From Clostridia bacterium (GTDB taxonomy: Bacteria > Bacillota > Clostridia > UBA1212 > UBA1255), in contig JAZQDE010000008.1 of the NCBI GenBank assembly GCA_045546695.1, forward strand, positions 27,782 through 91,781: a DNA stretch of 64,000 nucleotides, written 5' to 3'. The position numbers were made by a program, and so were the translations under genes. Positions 28,573 through 39,339 of this stretch are shown here, piece by piece; the stretch's first letter is position 1, and each line of letters begins with the position of its first letter. The notes below the pieces were generated by a model. That model was not told where the DNA came from. It searched no databases and saw nothing but the letters and a program-made list of their open reading frames with translations.

Positions 28573-31533
28573 CTACTTACCATTGCAAGCAGATTTTTTA
28601 ATTCCACAGATGCTTTTTGCATTACAAAATTTACAAGGATCAACGTCTTCGGTTGCATTCGGATATGGTGAAAATTTGCCATCGAGAACATTTGTAATCA
28701 TCGTTTTTACATGCTTTTCAAATGAATCAAACAAGTTGTTGAATTCCTCTTCTGATATTGTATTGTTGTCTCTTCTTTTTTTACCGGAAGCAGTCATAAT
28801 ATCTTCGTCATCCAGCGTAAAACCCTTCATTGAGTACTTGTTTTTCACATCATTTTTATTGGCAAAATCCTCAGCTTTGCCTGACACAATGTCGCTGTCA
28901 AATACAAAATAATTTATAGCCGCCGGCTTATATTCAGGGAAATTCTTTAAAAATGCATATAAATACGAAATGAGCTGGAGCTTAATTCCGCGATATATTT
29001 CCCCTGCAGAGATTGCGTGATCAGACGATTTGTAATCTATAACCCTGATATATCTGCCACTCTCATTTTCAAGAACGTCACATCTGTCAATGCGGCCTAT
29101 AAGTGATATATCTTTACAGTTTTTGTAATCAATACTGATACTTACAGGATCATATGCATACTCATACATAAATGGAACAAAATGGTTGCTACGCGCTTTT
29201 TCAAAAACATACCACAAAATGCTTCCTGAAAAATCGCGTAACCGTTCAATCAATCGTAAATTTCTATTATTTTTCAATATATATTTGTACTTCTGCGAAG
29301 AAATAATTGACTCAAAAACAGAATCAGCCGTTTCAACACATAGTTCTTTTGTAATATCATCAATCTTATATGTACTTAACTTGTCACAGCTTGCACTTAC
29401 AGCATCATGCATTACATTACCAATGTCAGAATTCAGCAGCTCAGCACTTTCTCTTTCGTCAATATACATACCGGACTCTATAAAGAACTTATATGGGCAC
29501 TGTATATATTTTTCAATAGTCGAAACACTGTACTTCTTTTTATCAGGATGAAAAAGAGTGTTTACCAATTCATCGTTCAATATAACCGGCTGCAAAACAG
29601 TTTCTGTTGTATGATATTTAAGATCACTGCTGAAATTTATTTTTTCATGTGGATATTCATTAATTTTTGAAATAAGTGCAGCCGACGGGTGCATTTCGTC
29701 CCCTGTCAGCGTTGACAATGAATAAGATACAATTAAATTATCAACTTTGTTTTTAACAAGATTGTCGATGAAAAAATATTCTTTGCAACTTCTTTGTTGA
29801 GTATCATCTGCAAGAGCAACGCCGACAGCTGATAATGCATCTCTTTCTTTATCTTTCAGTAATCCGCCATCATCAAACTTCTTTGGTAAAAACTCTTCAT
29901 TTGCGCCTAAGAAAAAGAGGTATTTTTTGTTCTGCGTTCTGAGGCGTTCAATATTGATTACGTTGACACAACTGTTCATTTGAGGAATAAATCCGATTTT
30001 ACTGCCTGAAAAACCGCTGTCCAGAAATCTTTTCAAAGTGTTCAGGGCGTTATGAACGCCACTTACTTTAATATCGCCAAGAAATGCATCGATCTGATTG
30101 AAAATCTCAATTACAATATTCCACGTTCTGTAATATTCATTTGCATAATCAAGCATATTCAGCCTGAGGAATTCATCTGCTTTTTCTTTAATAATCTTAT
30201 CAAATCTGTTTTTTTGCATAAAATCGCATAAAACACAGATTACTGTATGAATATCTTTAGCCTCTTTAAGTGAAGTTTCAAACGGAATTATTTTATTGAA
30301 AAGATACAGACAGTCTCTGTCCTCACACTCTTCCCATGATTTTTTTCCTTTAAGTCCAAATCGAAGAATATTGTTTTCGAGTTTATCCGGATTTACATTG
30401 AACATACCGGTTTTTAAAAGTGACAGTACATCGTCCGGTCTCCAGTTGTTCAGAATAATATTTACTATAGACATAATCGCTTTTATAAGTGGATTGCTGT
30501 CGATTGTTTTCTTTGAATCAATATGCACCGGGATGCCGTATTTATTAAAAACAGACATAATTAACGTATCATAATCTGATATTTCACGACAACATATTAC
30601 AAAATCATTATAGTCCGTACCATTTTTGTTTAATTCTACAATTCGTTCGGCACAACTACGTACTTCTGCAAACATATCGCTGTGTGTAACAAGTGATATG
30701 TTTTTGTCATCGTGGCGGGGTTCAGGAAGATTAATGTTTTTATATGGTGTATTCGTTTTTTTACAAATATTTACAAGAGCGCGATAAGTATTATCAATCG
30801 GATCGTATATCATGTCGTTATCAAGTGATGTAGATAAAGTAATATTCACACTGTGGGCATTTTTAATCATCAGTGTAATAAATTTATACTCAATATTTGT
30901 AAATCCTGTAAAATTATCAATCCATATATTGCAATCATCAAAAATATTGTTCTTTTCAATTATTTCAAGTGCAGTCTTATAAATCGTTCTGTCGTCCGAA
31001 TAGGAGTTTAAAATGTTATTGCGATAAGACTCAAGAATCAGTGCTAAATCGTCGAATTTGGACGCTGAGGAGCTGAGAAGTGCATTCCTGACCTCGGGAT
31101 TCAATAAATCTTCCGGCGAAACGTCATATTTATTGAATTCATCAATCAAACTCATTACAAGAGCTAATTGTCTTGGCGACTCAAGAAGTTCAGTAAAATA
31201 CTGTAGATTGTGTGAATTATCATTTATAACTTTAGTAAGAAGCATAACAGAACCCGCAGGTGTCAGCTGTTTCTTTGTGTCAACTCCGCCATATTCTGAT
31301 ATTAATCTGTACGCAAAGCGTTTGAAATTGGTTATTTCATATCCGGCAAGAGGCTTGTCAGTCATGTTCAGGAGCCTTTTTTCTTCTGTAACGGCAAACT
31401 GTTCAGGTACAAAGTAGTATGCATCTGTCCTGTCGTTAAAAAAAGAAGTAAAATTTATGATATGCTCTGAAAAAGCTTCAAGGCACATCTTACTTTTACC
31501 ACTACCAGTTTTTCCTGTGATTATATTAAGCAT
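28573..31533 (-). CDS. AddB/RexB-like helicase-nuclease subunit (N-terminal Walker-A domain plus C-terminal RecB-family PD-(D/E)xK nuclease with Fe-S cluster).
   Basis: The start was trimmed to MLNIITGKTGSGKS (M at 31533, 4 nt after the yhaM-like stop). The C-terminal domain has the motifs CPYKFF...GRIDRCDV...VIDYKSS...QLISY. The C-terminal cysteines CKFCNAKSIC fit CX2CX5C as in AddB. Confidence 0.7.
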   Translation of the reverse strand: MLNIITGKTGSGKSKMCLEAFSEHIINFTSFFNDRTDAYYFVPEQFAVTEEKRLLNMTDKPLAGYEITNFKRFAYRLISEYGGVDTKKQLTPAGSVMLLTKVINDNSHNLQYFTELLESPRQLALVMSLIDEFNKYDVSPEDLLNPEVRNALLSSSASKFDDLALILESYRNNILNSYSDDRTIYKTALEIIEKNNIFDDCNIWIDNFTGFTNIEYKFITLMIKNAHSVNITLSTSLDNDMIYDPIDNTYRALVNICKKTNTPYKNINLPEPRHDDKNISLVTHSDMFAEVRSCAERIVELNKNGTDYNDFVICCREISDYDTLIMSVFNKYGIPVHIDSKKTIDSNPLIKAIMSIVNIILNNWRPDDVLSLLKTGMFNVNPDKLENNILRFGLKGKKSWEECEDRDCLYLFNKIIPFETSLKEAKDIHTVICVLCDFMQKNRFDKIIKEKADEFLRLNMLDYANEYYRTWNIVIEIFNQIDAFLGDIKVSGVHNALNTLKRFLDSGFSGSKIGFIPQMNSCVNVINIERLRTQNKKYLFFLGANEEFLPKKFDDGGLLKDKERDALSAVGVALADDTQQRSCKEYFFIDNLVKNKVDNLIVSYSLSTLTGDEMHPSAALISKINEYPHEKINFSSDLKYHTTETVLQPVILNDELVNTLFHPDKKKYSVSTIEKYIQCPYKFFIESGMYIDERESAELLNSDIGNVMHDAVSASCDKLSTYKIDDITKELCVETADSVFESIISSQKYKYILKNNRNLRLIERLRDFSGSILWYVFEKARSNHFVPFMYEYAYDPVSISIDYKNCKDISLIGRIDRCDVLENESGRYIRVIDYKSSDHAISAGEIYRGIKLQLISYLYAFLKNFPEYKPAAINYFVFDSDIVSGKAEDFANKNDVKNKYSMKGFTLDDEDIMTASGKKRRDNNTISEEEFNNLFDSFEKHVKTMITNVLDGKFSPYPNATEDVDPCKFCNAKSICGIKKSACNGK

Positions 31534-32497
31534 CGAAGAAACACCTTGGCTTGTATACACTTCTGTTTTCAAGTGACCAGATTTTGTCACTGAATGTACC
31601 GGGTTCTGTTGTTGAATACGCAGCATTCATGTCATACATTCTGGCATCAAGAATATCCAGATAATGTAATAACTCTGCCTCCGGAAACTGTGGTGCCTTA
31701 GGGCTGCCATGCTCCGGAATATAATGATGTGAGATAATCATATGCTGAAGAAGAAGTGATTTTTCATTGTCAATGCTGAGCTCTTTTGATTTCCCTGCAA
31801 TGTATGCAACGCCCTGCACAAGATGGCCGAGCATAATACCCTCTGTGGAATATTCATTTACAAGGCCAAGATCGTTTACCTGCATCTCAAAGAGCTTGCC
31901 GATATCATGAAGCATAACACCTGCAAATAAAAGGTCTGTATTTAAGAATGTGTATACAGTAGCAAGCGCGTGTGCAGATTTAAGCATTGTGGCTGTATGA
32001 TACAAAAGACCCGATCTGAGTGCGTGATGATTCTTCTTGGCAGCAGGTGCTATCATAATCTTTTCTTTGTTTTCCTCGTAAATATTAAGAACAATCTTTC
32101 TTATATCATCGTCTTTTATCTTTGTGGCTGTATTAATTATATAATCATACATGCTCTGTGCAGAATAAGGTGCGGATGGAATATAATCTTCAATCTTAAC
32201 ATCATCTGTCGGTGAAATATTGCCGATAAAATCGATTTTCATCTGAAGCTGTCCCTGCCATTCAACTACACTTGCCTGGACTTTTACAATTGTTCCTACC
32301 TTGAAACGGTTGGCATTTTCTTCATCCCAGTCCCATAATTTGGCATTTATATCCCCTGTCTTGTCAGAAAGAGTGAAATTCATATATTTATTATTTGTAG
32401 TCGTTGTTTTTACATCGGCTTCTTTGATGTAATAATATGACTTTACGGCATCTTTTGCTCTTAAATCTACAATTTTTTTATCAACAAAGTTTGGCAT
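31526..32497 (-). CDS. yhaM: YhaM-like 3'-5' exonuclease (OB-fold plus HD domain).
   Basis: An N-terminal OB-fold region, then the HD motif VMLHDIGK and additional His/Asp metal ligands (ISHHY). Length is about 320 aa, as for YhaM. Confidence 0.7.
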   Translation of the reverse strand: MPNFVDKKIVDLRAKDAVKSYYYIKEADVKTTTTNNKYMNFTLSDKTGDINAKLWDWDEENANRFKVGTIVKVQASVVEWQGQLQMKIDFIGNISPTDDVKIEDYIPSAPYSAQSMYDYIINTATKIKDDDIRKIVLNIYEENKEKIMIAPAAKKNHHALRSGLLYHTATMLKSAHALATVYTFLNTDLLFAGVMLHDIGKLFEMQVNDLGLVNEYSTEGIMLGHLVQGVAYIAGKSKELSIDNEKSLLLQHMIISHHYIPEHGSPKAPQFPEAELLHYLDILDARMYDMNAAYSTTEPGTFSDKIWSLENRSVYKPRCFFDA

Positions 32498-32507
32498 AAT
32501 ATAACTC

Positions 32508-33128
32508 CTATCTTAAAAATTTATCTATCATGTTTCCGGCAACGTTTTTAATTTCAAGAAGAACGTCATCAGAAACGGTAAAACTGTATAATTTATTTAT
32601 ATCACATTCAAGAATATATGTAATAGCTTTTAATGTCGATAGCTTATATCCTTTATCACTCAGTTCTTCTATATCAGGCGTCCAACCGGATATATCAAGC
32701 AATTTGATATAATAAACAGCTTCAACAAAGTCCGGTTTTTTTATATTTTTATTAAGACAACTGAGTGTCTGCACGTATAATTCAAAACATTCCGGATCTT
32801 CGAGATCCTCCTGTATAACAGGAATTGTTCTGGCTGTAATGTTACAGGCAATATTATATGTATCATAATCCTGAGTTATGTCAAAAAATGAATCAATAAT
32901 TTCAGCTCCGATTAATGTATACATATTTCCTCTGCCTTTGACTATACGCATGTTGCTGAAAGCAAACAGCTGTGCTGCTGCAGATAATTTTCCTGTAATC
33001 TTTTTTACGCCGTTGACAGCAATGCTGATTCTGCCAAGCTTCTGTGTAAAGCATACAGCTGCTTTACTACTCTCGCCTAAGGCGGAAGTTCTCATTATTA
33101 CTCCCATTGTGCGTATTTCTTCACTCAT
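32508..33128 (-). CDS. recO: DNA repair protein RecO (short form lacking the C-terminal zinc finger).
   Basis: N-terminus GVIMRTSALGESSKAAVCFTQKLGRISIAVNGVKK matches the RecO OB-fold N-terminus. Position after era is as in B. subtilis. Only 206 aa and no CxxC pairs. Confidence 0.6.
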   Translation of the reverse strand: MSEEIRTMGVIMRTSALGESSKAAVCFTQKLGRISIAVNGVKKITGKLSAAAQLFAFSNMRIVKGRGNMYTLIGAEIIDSFFDITQDYDTYNIACNITARTIPVIQEDLEDPECFELYVQTLSCLNKNIKKPDFVEAVYYIKLLDISGWTPDIEELSDKGYKLSTLKAITYILECDINKLYSFTVSDDVLLEIKNVAGNMIDKFLR

Positions 33129-34021
33129 TTTTTGTATCCAAGCTCCCTGAGAACGCCGCTGTTGTTACGCCAGTCTTCTCTTACTTTAACCCATAATTGA
33201 AGGTTTACTTTAGAGTCAAGTATTTTTTCAATATCAACTCTTGCTTTTGATCCGATTTTCTTGAGCATTGTGCCGCCTTTACCTATCAGGATTGCTTTGT
33301 GTGAATTCTTTTCACAAATGATATTGACTTCAATTGACGTAACACCGCCGGCCTTGCGGGCTTCGTCAAATTTAATAATCTCAACTCCGATACCGTGAGG
33401 CACCTCGTCTCTGTAGAAGAGAAGAATTTTTTCACGGATTATATCTGAAACTATATCACGCAGATTTGTGTCTGTCAGTATGTCATCCGGGTAATATTTG
33501 GGTCCTTCCGGCAAATATTTTTGTATTTCATCAAGCAGCTCATCAAGACCATCGTTTTTAAGGGCTGAGATGGGGTAAATCGACGCGAATTCCATTTTTG
33601 GGGAAAGTATGCTTATCTTCTCTAATATCGTCTCTTTTGCCACTGCGTCGACCTTGTTGATAACAAGTATAACCGGCTTCTTTACGAGTCTGAGAGAATC
33701 GATGATGCGAAGATCGCTTTGTGTAATCGTCTTGTCTGTTGCATCACAGAGAAAAAGTATTACGTCTACTTCGCTGAACGTGCCTTTTGCAACGTCAATC
33801 ATGTACTCGCCCAGTTTGTTTTTCGGAGTATGAATACCGGGTGTGTCGATGAAAATAATCTGTGCATTTTCATTTGTGATAATTGCATTTAGATTTGTTC
33901 TTGTAGTCTGAGGTTTTGGTGATGTTATTGCAATTTTTTCACCAAGAAAACCATTTATTAATGTTGATTTGCCAACATTTGGTTTGCCGACAACTGTTAC
34001 GAAGCCTGATTTGAATCCCAT
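33125..34021 (-). CDS. era: GTPase Era.
   Basis: G1 motif VGKPNVGKSTLIN, FIDTPG, NKVD, and a C-terminal KH domain. Confidence 0.9.
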   Translation of the reverse strand: MGFKSGFVTVVGKPNVGKSTLINGFLGEKIAITSPKPQTTRTNLNAIITNENAQIIFIDTPGIHTPKNKLGEYMIDVAKGTFSEVDVILFLCDATDKTITQSDLRIIDSLRLVKKPVILVINKVDAVAKETILEKISILSPKMEFASIYPISALKNDGLDELLDEIQKYLPEGPKYYPDDILTDTNLRDIVSDIIREKILLFYRDEVPHGIGVEIIKFDEARKAGGVTSIEVNIICEKNSHKAILIGKGGTMLKKIGSKARVDIEKILDSKVNLQLWVKVREDWRNNSGVLRELGYKK

Positions 34022-34560
34022 TATTTGTCTCCTGTTCTTGTATAACCTATGTCTGTCAATATTTCTTCTGTAATCTTATTCATTACATCAAATTCTTCGT
34101 CTGTCATATGGTCGTAGCCATATAAATGTAACATTGAGTGGCAAGTAAGGAATGCAATCTCTCTGTCTGTGCTGTGACTGTATTCATCTGCTTGTCTGAA
34201 TGCCGTATCAAGCGAAATAATTATATCTCCGAAAGGAATTACATTATCTGTAATCTCAACTGCATCTGTACTTGCTGTATATTCTCCGTTAAAAAAGTCA
34301 AGATATGGAAAAGAAAGAACGTCTGTTGCTTTATCGATATCGCGGTTTTCACGATTGATTGTCCTGATGCTTTCATCATCTGTAAAAGTAACAGCAACAT
34401 AAGAAGCCTTTTTAAAATGATCCAGTTCAGGAATCAATTTAATATACTTTGAATCATTTACTGCCTCAACGACGTTTTTAACAATCTTTTTTATTTTGTT
34501 TTTTTGTGAAAAACCAAGTTTGTCATTGTATTCAAATTCAAATTCAATTTTCAAATTCAA
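34021..34560 (-). CDS. ybeY: rRNA maturation endoribonuclease YbeY.
   Basis: ATDVLSFP and the zinc-binding motif HSMLHLYGYDH. Confidence 0.85.
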   Translation of the reverse strand: MNLKIEFEFEYNDKLGFSQKNKIKKIVKNVVEAVNDSKYIKLIPELDHFKKASYVAVTFTDDESIRTINRENRDIDKATDVLSFPYLDFFNGEYTASTDAVEITDNVIPFGDIIISLDTAFRQADEYSHSTDREIAFLTCHSMLHLYGYDHMTDEEFDVMNKITEEILTDIGYTRTGDK

Positions 34561-34626
34561 TCGCCTCTTTTCGCATATGCAAACTATCCTAAAAATTATA
34601 TCATAATCATAAAAAAAAAAATAGTC

Positions 34627-35295
34627 TCAGAAATCACGCCTTCCTGATGCAATCACAGCCCCGAATACACTTTTTGCACCATTATTTTTTAATAATGCCG
34701 CACACTCTTCAATCGTAGATCCGGTCGTAAGAATATCATCAAGTAGTAATATTTTCTTATTATAAATCTGAATATTATCTTTAATTATAAATTTGCTCTT
34801 TTTTCTGTCTTCAAGATTCTTGGAGCTTGTTTTTTCATCATTATTTTTTTTACGCTCAAGCAGTTCAGATATTGTGAATTTACCGGGATTCAGATGATAT
34901 AGCTCTTTAGCTATCAGATATGCCTGGTTGTACCCTCTTGTTGCGAATCTCTTTTTACTTATGGGAATATATGTCAGAATATCTATCTGATTATAAACAT
35001 TATGTTTTTTTAGATGGTTGTTGAGAATAATTGAAAAATTCTTGTATAAATATGGTTTATCATTGAATTTATATGAGATCATTTTATCTTTTACAGGACC
35101 GAAATATTTAAGAGCACAATACATACGGTCGCAAGAAGGATAATTGACATTTTTTTCCAGTGAAACATATCCACTGTACGGGGCAAGTTCTTCAGCGCAC
35201 AAAGAGCACATGCCGTGATTTTTATATTGATTTTCGTTAATTACTACACCGCAAAAGGGACAGACTGCCGGAAAAATTGCCGATAGTATATTCAA
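34627..35295 (-). CDS. comFC: ComF-family protein (ComFC; N-terminal zinc finger plus phosphoribosyltransferase domain).
   Basis: CPFCG...CSLCAEEL zinc finger and the PRTase motif LLLDDILTTGSTIEE. Confidence 0.8.
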   Translation of the reverse strand: MNILSAIFPAVCPFCGVVINENQYKNHGMCSLCAEELAPYSGYVSLEKNVNYPSCDRMYCALKYFGPVKDKMISYKFNDKPYLYKNFSIILNNHLKKHNVYNQIDILTYIPISKKRFATRGYNQAYLIAKELYHLNPGKFTISELLERKKNNDEKTSSKNLEDRKKSKFIIKDNIQIYNKKILLLDDILTTGSTIEECAALLKNNGAKSVFGAVIASGRRDF

Positions 35296-35301
35296 TTGTT
35301 T

Positions 35302-37500
35302 TTAATCCTCCAGATATTTAATTATTTTGTCGTTAAGACCTGTAAATCTTTTTTGCTCTGTATTGTTTTCAATCATTTTACGGACAATATACGTGCTGCC
35401 AACGAGAATAACCATTTTCTTCGCTCTTGTAATTGCCGTATATAAAATATTTCTTGTAAGCAGGAAGTCTGACGTTGAAAACAGAGGAATGATGCAATAA
35501 TCAAACTCACTTCCCTGACTTTTATGTATTGTAATTGCGTAACAATGTTCAAGTGAAATAAGCGACGGAGAATCGTATGTTACTTCTTTTTCATCGTCGA
35601 ACAATACAGTAAGTTTCCTGTTTTTTACATCAACGTCTGTAACCGAGCCCATTTCACCGTTGAAAACTCCGGTACCTTCAACGCCTACTTTATCTTTGTG
35701 ATGCCATTCAAGCTCATAATCGTTTTTAATCTGCATAACACGGTCACCTTGCCTGAATACCACATTCTGGAAGGGAATCTCACCTTTTGAACGATCTGCC
35801 GGATTAAGGCTGCTTTGAAGCATTTTATTGACTTCTATTGTACCGCATGCGCCTTTCTTTGTTGGGATAAGAACCTGAATATCTTTAATAGGATCGATAT
35901 TGTATTTGCTGACAAGTCTTTTTTCACATAGTTCCTGTACGATATTGCGGCATTGAACCGGTGATTGAGAATTCAGAATGAAAAAGTCTCTTTCTTTTAC
36001 ATTGAACTCAGGCATATCACCCGAATTGATTTTATGAGCATTTGTATTTATGATGCTATTTGCGTCACGTCTGTAAATATTTTCCAGAAAACATACGTTG
36101 AATTTACCTGTATTAATTATATCTCTTAATATTCTTCCGGGACCGACTGATGGAAGCTGATCCTTATCGCCGACAAAAATAAGTTGAATTTTTACAGGAA
36201 GCGCGCGAAGCAAATGATACGTAAGAAAAATGTCCATCATTGAAGATTCATCAATTATCAGTACATCACATTCAAGTAAATTGCTTTCGTTACGTCCGAA
36301 ATACATTTTCTGACCTTCCCCACCATTGAACTCAAGCAATCTGTGTATTGTTTTTGCATTTGAATCACATGCTTCTGACATTCTCTTTGCAGCTCTGCCT
36401 GTAGGTGCTGCCAGCAGACATTTTTTACCGGATGCACGCAGAAGACGAAGCAGTGCCATAATTACAGTAGTTTTACCGGTTCCGGGACCGCCGGTTATAA
36501 CGCTGAAGCCACTTGTGGCCGCCTTTTGTATACTGCCGACCTGAAGTTCATCCGGTGTATATCCCGTTATATCTGAAAAATCACGGATTGTTTTTTCAAA
36601 GAGCTTATCATCAATATCATAACTCATCTGTGAAATATCACATAATTTCTTTGCAATGTAGTCCTCGCATTGATAAACGTAGAAAATATAAATATTCAAA
36701 TCATCATCATTTTCAACACACATTACTTTGAAGGTTGAACGTAAAAAGTCTATACCGCCGAGAATTTCTTCTTCTGTGACCTCAAGGAGTTCGATACTTT
36801 TTGATACAAGTATTTTCATCGGTAGGTAAACGTGACCGGCCGACATAGCAGATTTTAGCACGTGTAAAATTCCGTATGATATTCTTGACCCGGAATTCTG
36901 GGAATACCCCATTGATTTTGCTATCGCATCAGCTTTAATAAATGAGACTTCGTCAAGTTTATCAATCAATTCATATGGATTATCTTTAATCTTATCGATT
37001 GCGTTGCAACCATACATGTTATAAATTTTGACTGCAAGATTTGTTGATAAACCATATTTTTTCAAAAAAACAATAACGTCCTGCATTACCATATGTTCAG
37101 AAAAAGTTTCAGCTATACGTATTGCCTTTTTATGAGATATACCTTTTATTTTTTCAATTCTTTCAGGTTCATAAAGTAGAACGTCAAATGTATCTTCTTT
37201 AAACTCTGAAACAATTGCATGTGCGGTCGCATTACCAACGCCTTCAATAAGGCCAGATGCAAGGAATGCTTCCATATCATCCAATGTCTGAGGAAGCTCT
37301 TTTGTATATGATTCAACGATAAATTGTTCACCATAAAGCTGATGAGATACCATATGTCCTTCGACGTTGATTACCTCACCCGGATACAAAAAAGGAAGAG
37401 ACCCCTTGATTGTAACAAGATCGCCGTTTACGTCGATGTCACAAATCTTGAAGCCGGTCTCTTCATTTTCATAAATTACTTCTACAACTGTACCCTGCAT
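35302..37500 (-). CDS. recD2: ATP-dependent RecD-like DNA helicase (RecD2).
   Basis: SF1 helicase Walker A VITGGPGTGKTT, DEXX LIIDESSMMD, and an N-terminal HhH region. Length is 732 aa. Confidence 0.85.
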   Translation of the reverse strand: MQGTVVEVIYENEETGFKICDIDVNGDLVTIKGSLPFLYPGEVINVEGHMVSHQLYGEQFIVESYTKELPQTLDDMEAFLASGLIEGVGNATAHAIVSEFKEDTFDVLLYEPERIEKIKGISHKKAIRIAETFSEHMVMQDVIVFLKKYGLSTNLAVKIYNMYGCNAIDKIKDNPYELIDKLDEVSFIKADAIAKSMGYSQNSGSRISYGILHVLKSAMSAGHVYLPMKILVSKSIELLEVTEEEILGGIDFLRSTFKVMCVENDDDLNIYIFYVYQCEDYIAKKLCDISQMSYDIDDKLFEKTIRDFSDITGYTPDELQVGSIQKAATSGFSVITGGPGTGKTTVIMALLRLLRASGKKCLLAAPTGRAAKRMSEACDSNAKTIHRLLEFNGGEGQKMYFGRNESNLLECDVLIIDESSMMDIFLTYHLLRALPVKIQLIFVGDKDQLPSVGPGRILRDIINTGKFNVCFLENIYRRDANSIINTNAHKINSGDMPEFNVKERDFFILNSQSPVQCRNIVQELCEKRLVSKYNIDPIKDIQVLIPTKKGACGTIEVNKMLQSSLNPADRSKGEIPFQNVVFRQGDRVMQIKNDYELEWHHKDKVGVEGTGVFNGEMGSVTDVDVKNRKLTVLFDDEKEVTYDSPSLISLEHCYAITIHKSQGSEFDYCIIPLFSTSDFLLTRNILYTAITRAKKMVILVGSTYIVRKMIENNTEQKRFTGLNDKIIKYLED

Positions 37501-37512
37501 ATATTATGAGAA

Positions 37513-39324
37513 TTATTGAGCCATCAGCTCGTTAAATTCTTCACCTTCTATTCTTTCTTTTTCAAGTAAGACTTTTGCAATTGATGTCAATTTGTCAACG
37601 TGATCCGTAAGGACAGCTTTAACATTGGAGTAAGCAATATCGATGATTTTCTTTGCTTCAGCATCAATAATTGCAGCAGTTTTCTCGCTGTACGTACGTG
37701 TGTTTCCGTACGTTTTACCAAGGTAAACTTCACCGCCGCCGGTTTCAAATACCATGTTGCCAATCTCATCACTCATACCATATTTTGTAACGATATTAAA
37801 AGCAGTGTGGTTTGCACTCTTAAGATCAGAACTTGCACCTGTGCTGACCTCGTTGAGCACAATCTCTTCTGCAGCTCTGCCGCCGAGTGATACCATGATA
37901 TCTTCAATCAATTGATTCCTTGTAACGTATGTTTCATCTTCCTCAGGTCTGAATGCAGTATATCCGCCTGCCTCGCCGGCCGGAACAATTGAAATTCTGT
38001 CAACCTTATTTCTTGAAGATAAGAGTTTAACTGCAAGCGCATGGCCAACTTCATGAACAGCTGTAAGCCATTTGTCTTTTTCTGTCATTACGCGACTCTT
38101 CTTTTCAGGGCCAACCATTACTCTGAATACAGCTTCTTTAATATTTGCAGTTGAAATTTTTTCTGCATCATCTCTTGCTGCAAGCAGTGCAGCTTCATTC
38201 AGGAGGTTAGCAAGATCTGCAGCAGTAAATCCGGATGTTATTTTAGCAATATCTGCAAAAGAAACCTCTTCATCAACAGGCTTGTTTTTTGCATGTACTT
38301 CCAAAATAGCCTGACGGGCTTTGATATCAGGATATCCGATAATAACTTTTCTGTCGAAACGGCCCGGTCTTGTAAGCGCCGGATCGAGGATGTCAGGTCT
38401 GTTTGTTGCAGCAATTACAATAACACCTTCATTAATACCAAAACCATCCATTTCAACGAGAAGCTGGTTAAGCGTCTGTTCTCTTTCGTCGTGTCCGCCA
38501 CCAAGACCTGAACCACGATGTCTGCCGACTGCGTCAATCTCGTCGATGAAAATAATACACGGAGAGTTTTTCTTTGCCTGTTCAAACAAATCTCTTACAC
38601 GTGAAGCGCCGACACCAACATAAAGCTCTACAAAGTCAGAACCACTGATTGAGAAAAATGGTACGCCGGCTTCTCCTGCAACAGCTTTTGCAAGATATGT
38701 TTTACCTGTACCGGGAGGGCCAACCATAAGTACGCCTTTAGGAATCCTGGCACCAATCTGTGTATATTTTTTAGGATTCTTCAGGAAGGAAACAATCTCT
38801 GCCATCTCTTCCTTTTCTTCCTCAGCGCCTGCAACATCCTGGAATTTAATTCTGCTGGTTGTATAAAGTCTTGCACGGCTCTTACCGAAATTCATAGCCT
38901 TATTGCCGGCCCCCTGAGCCTGACCAAGCAACATGTAAAATACAAATACAAGCATAAGAATTATAAGAATATACGGAACAAGACGAAGCAAGAAAGGAAC
39001 TTGTTTTATAACAGCTTTGTAAACTACAGGATTGCCTGCATCAACGGCCTCTTTGATTGTTTCTTCAAATTCAGTTTGAGAAAGAATCTTAACAATGTAC
39101 TTTCCTTTTTTCAGTTCAGAATTGTCGGCACTGTCTGCTTTTAATTTTATTGTGGCAACGTTACTTTCAAGCTCTACAGTCTCAACATTCTGGGCTGTCA
39201 GCTCGTTTAAGTAATCTGTATAATTAATCTCTTCCGGCTGAATCAGCGAAGAAATTATCATGACAATGAATACAATAATACCGATAATTACGATATACGG
39301 TGATATAGTTCTTAAAAATTTCAA
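37513..39324 (-). CDS. ftsH: ATP-dependent zinc metalloprotease FtsH.
   Basis: AAA motif [26 protein letters not shown], and the HEVGHAL zinc site. Confidence 0.95.
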   Translation of the reverse strand: MKFLRTISPYIVIIGIIVFIVMIISSLIQPEEINYTDYLNELTAQNVETVELESNVATIKLKADSADNSELKKGKYIVKILSQTEFEETIKEAVDAGNPVVYKAVIKQVPFLLRLVPYILIILMLVFVFYMLLGQAQGAGNKAMNFGKSRARLYTTSRIKFQDVAGAEEEKEEMAEIVSFLKNPKKYTQIGARIPKGVLMVGPPGTGKTYLAKAVAGEAGVPFFSISGSDFVELYVGVGASRVRDLFEQAKKNSPCIIFIDEIDAVGRHRGSGLGGGHDEREQTLNQLLVEMDGFGINEGVIVIAATNRPDILDPALTRPGRFDRKVIIGYPDIKARQAILEVHAKNKPVDEEVSFADIAKITSGFTAADLANLLNEAALLAARDDAEKISTANIKEAVFRVMVGPEKKSRVMTEKDKWLTAVHEVGHALAVKLLSSRNKVDRISIVPAGEAGGYTAFRPEEDETYVTRNQLIEDIMVSLGGRAAEEIVLNEVSTGASSDLKSANHTAFNIVTKYGMSDEIGNMVFETGGGEVYLGKTYGNTRTYSEKTAAIIDAEAKKIIDIAYSNVKAVLTDHVDKLTSIAKVLLEKERIEGEEFNELMAQ

Positions 39325-39339
39325 TTATAAATCCTCCGA

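Noticed and set aside
28331-28912. 193-aa + strand ORF spanning rpsT and the AddB-like C-terminus.
   Set aside because: It is antisense to ribosomal protein S20 and to the conserved AddB nuclease domain, and has no motif. Spurious.
34138-34452. 104-aa + strand Cys-rich ORF inside ybeY.
   Set aside because: It is antisense to ybeY, whose H-x-x-x-H-x-x-x-x-x-H zinc motif is intact. Shadow ORF.
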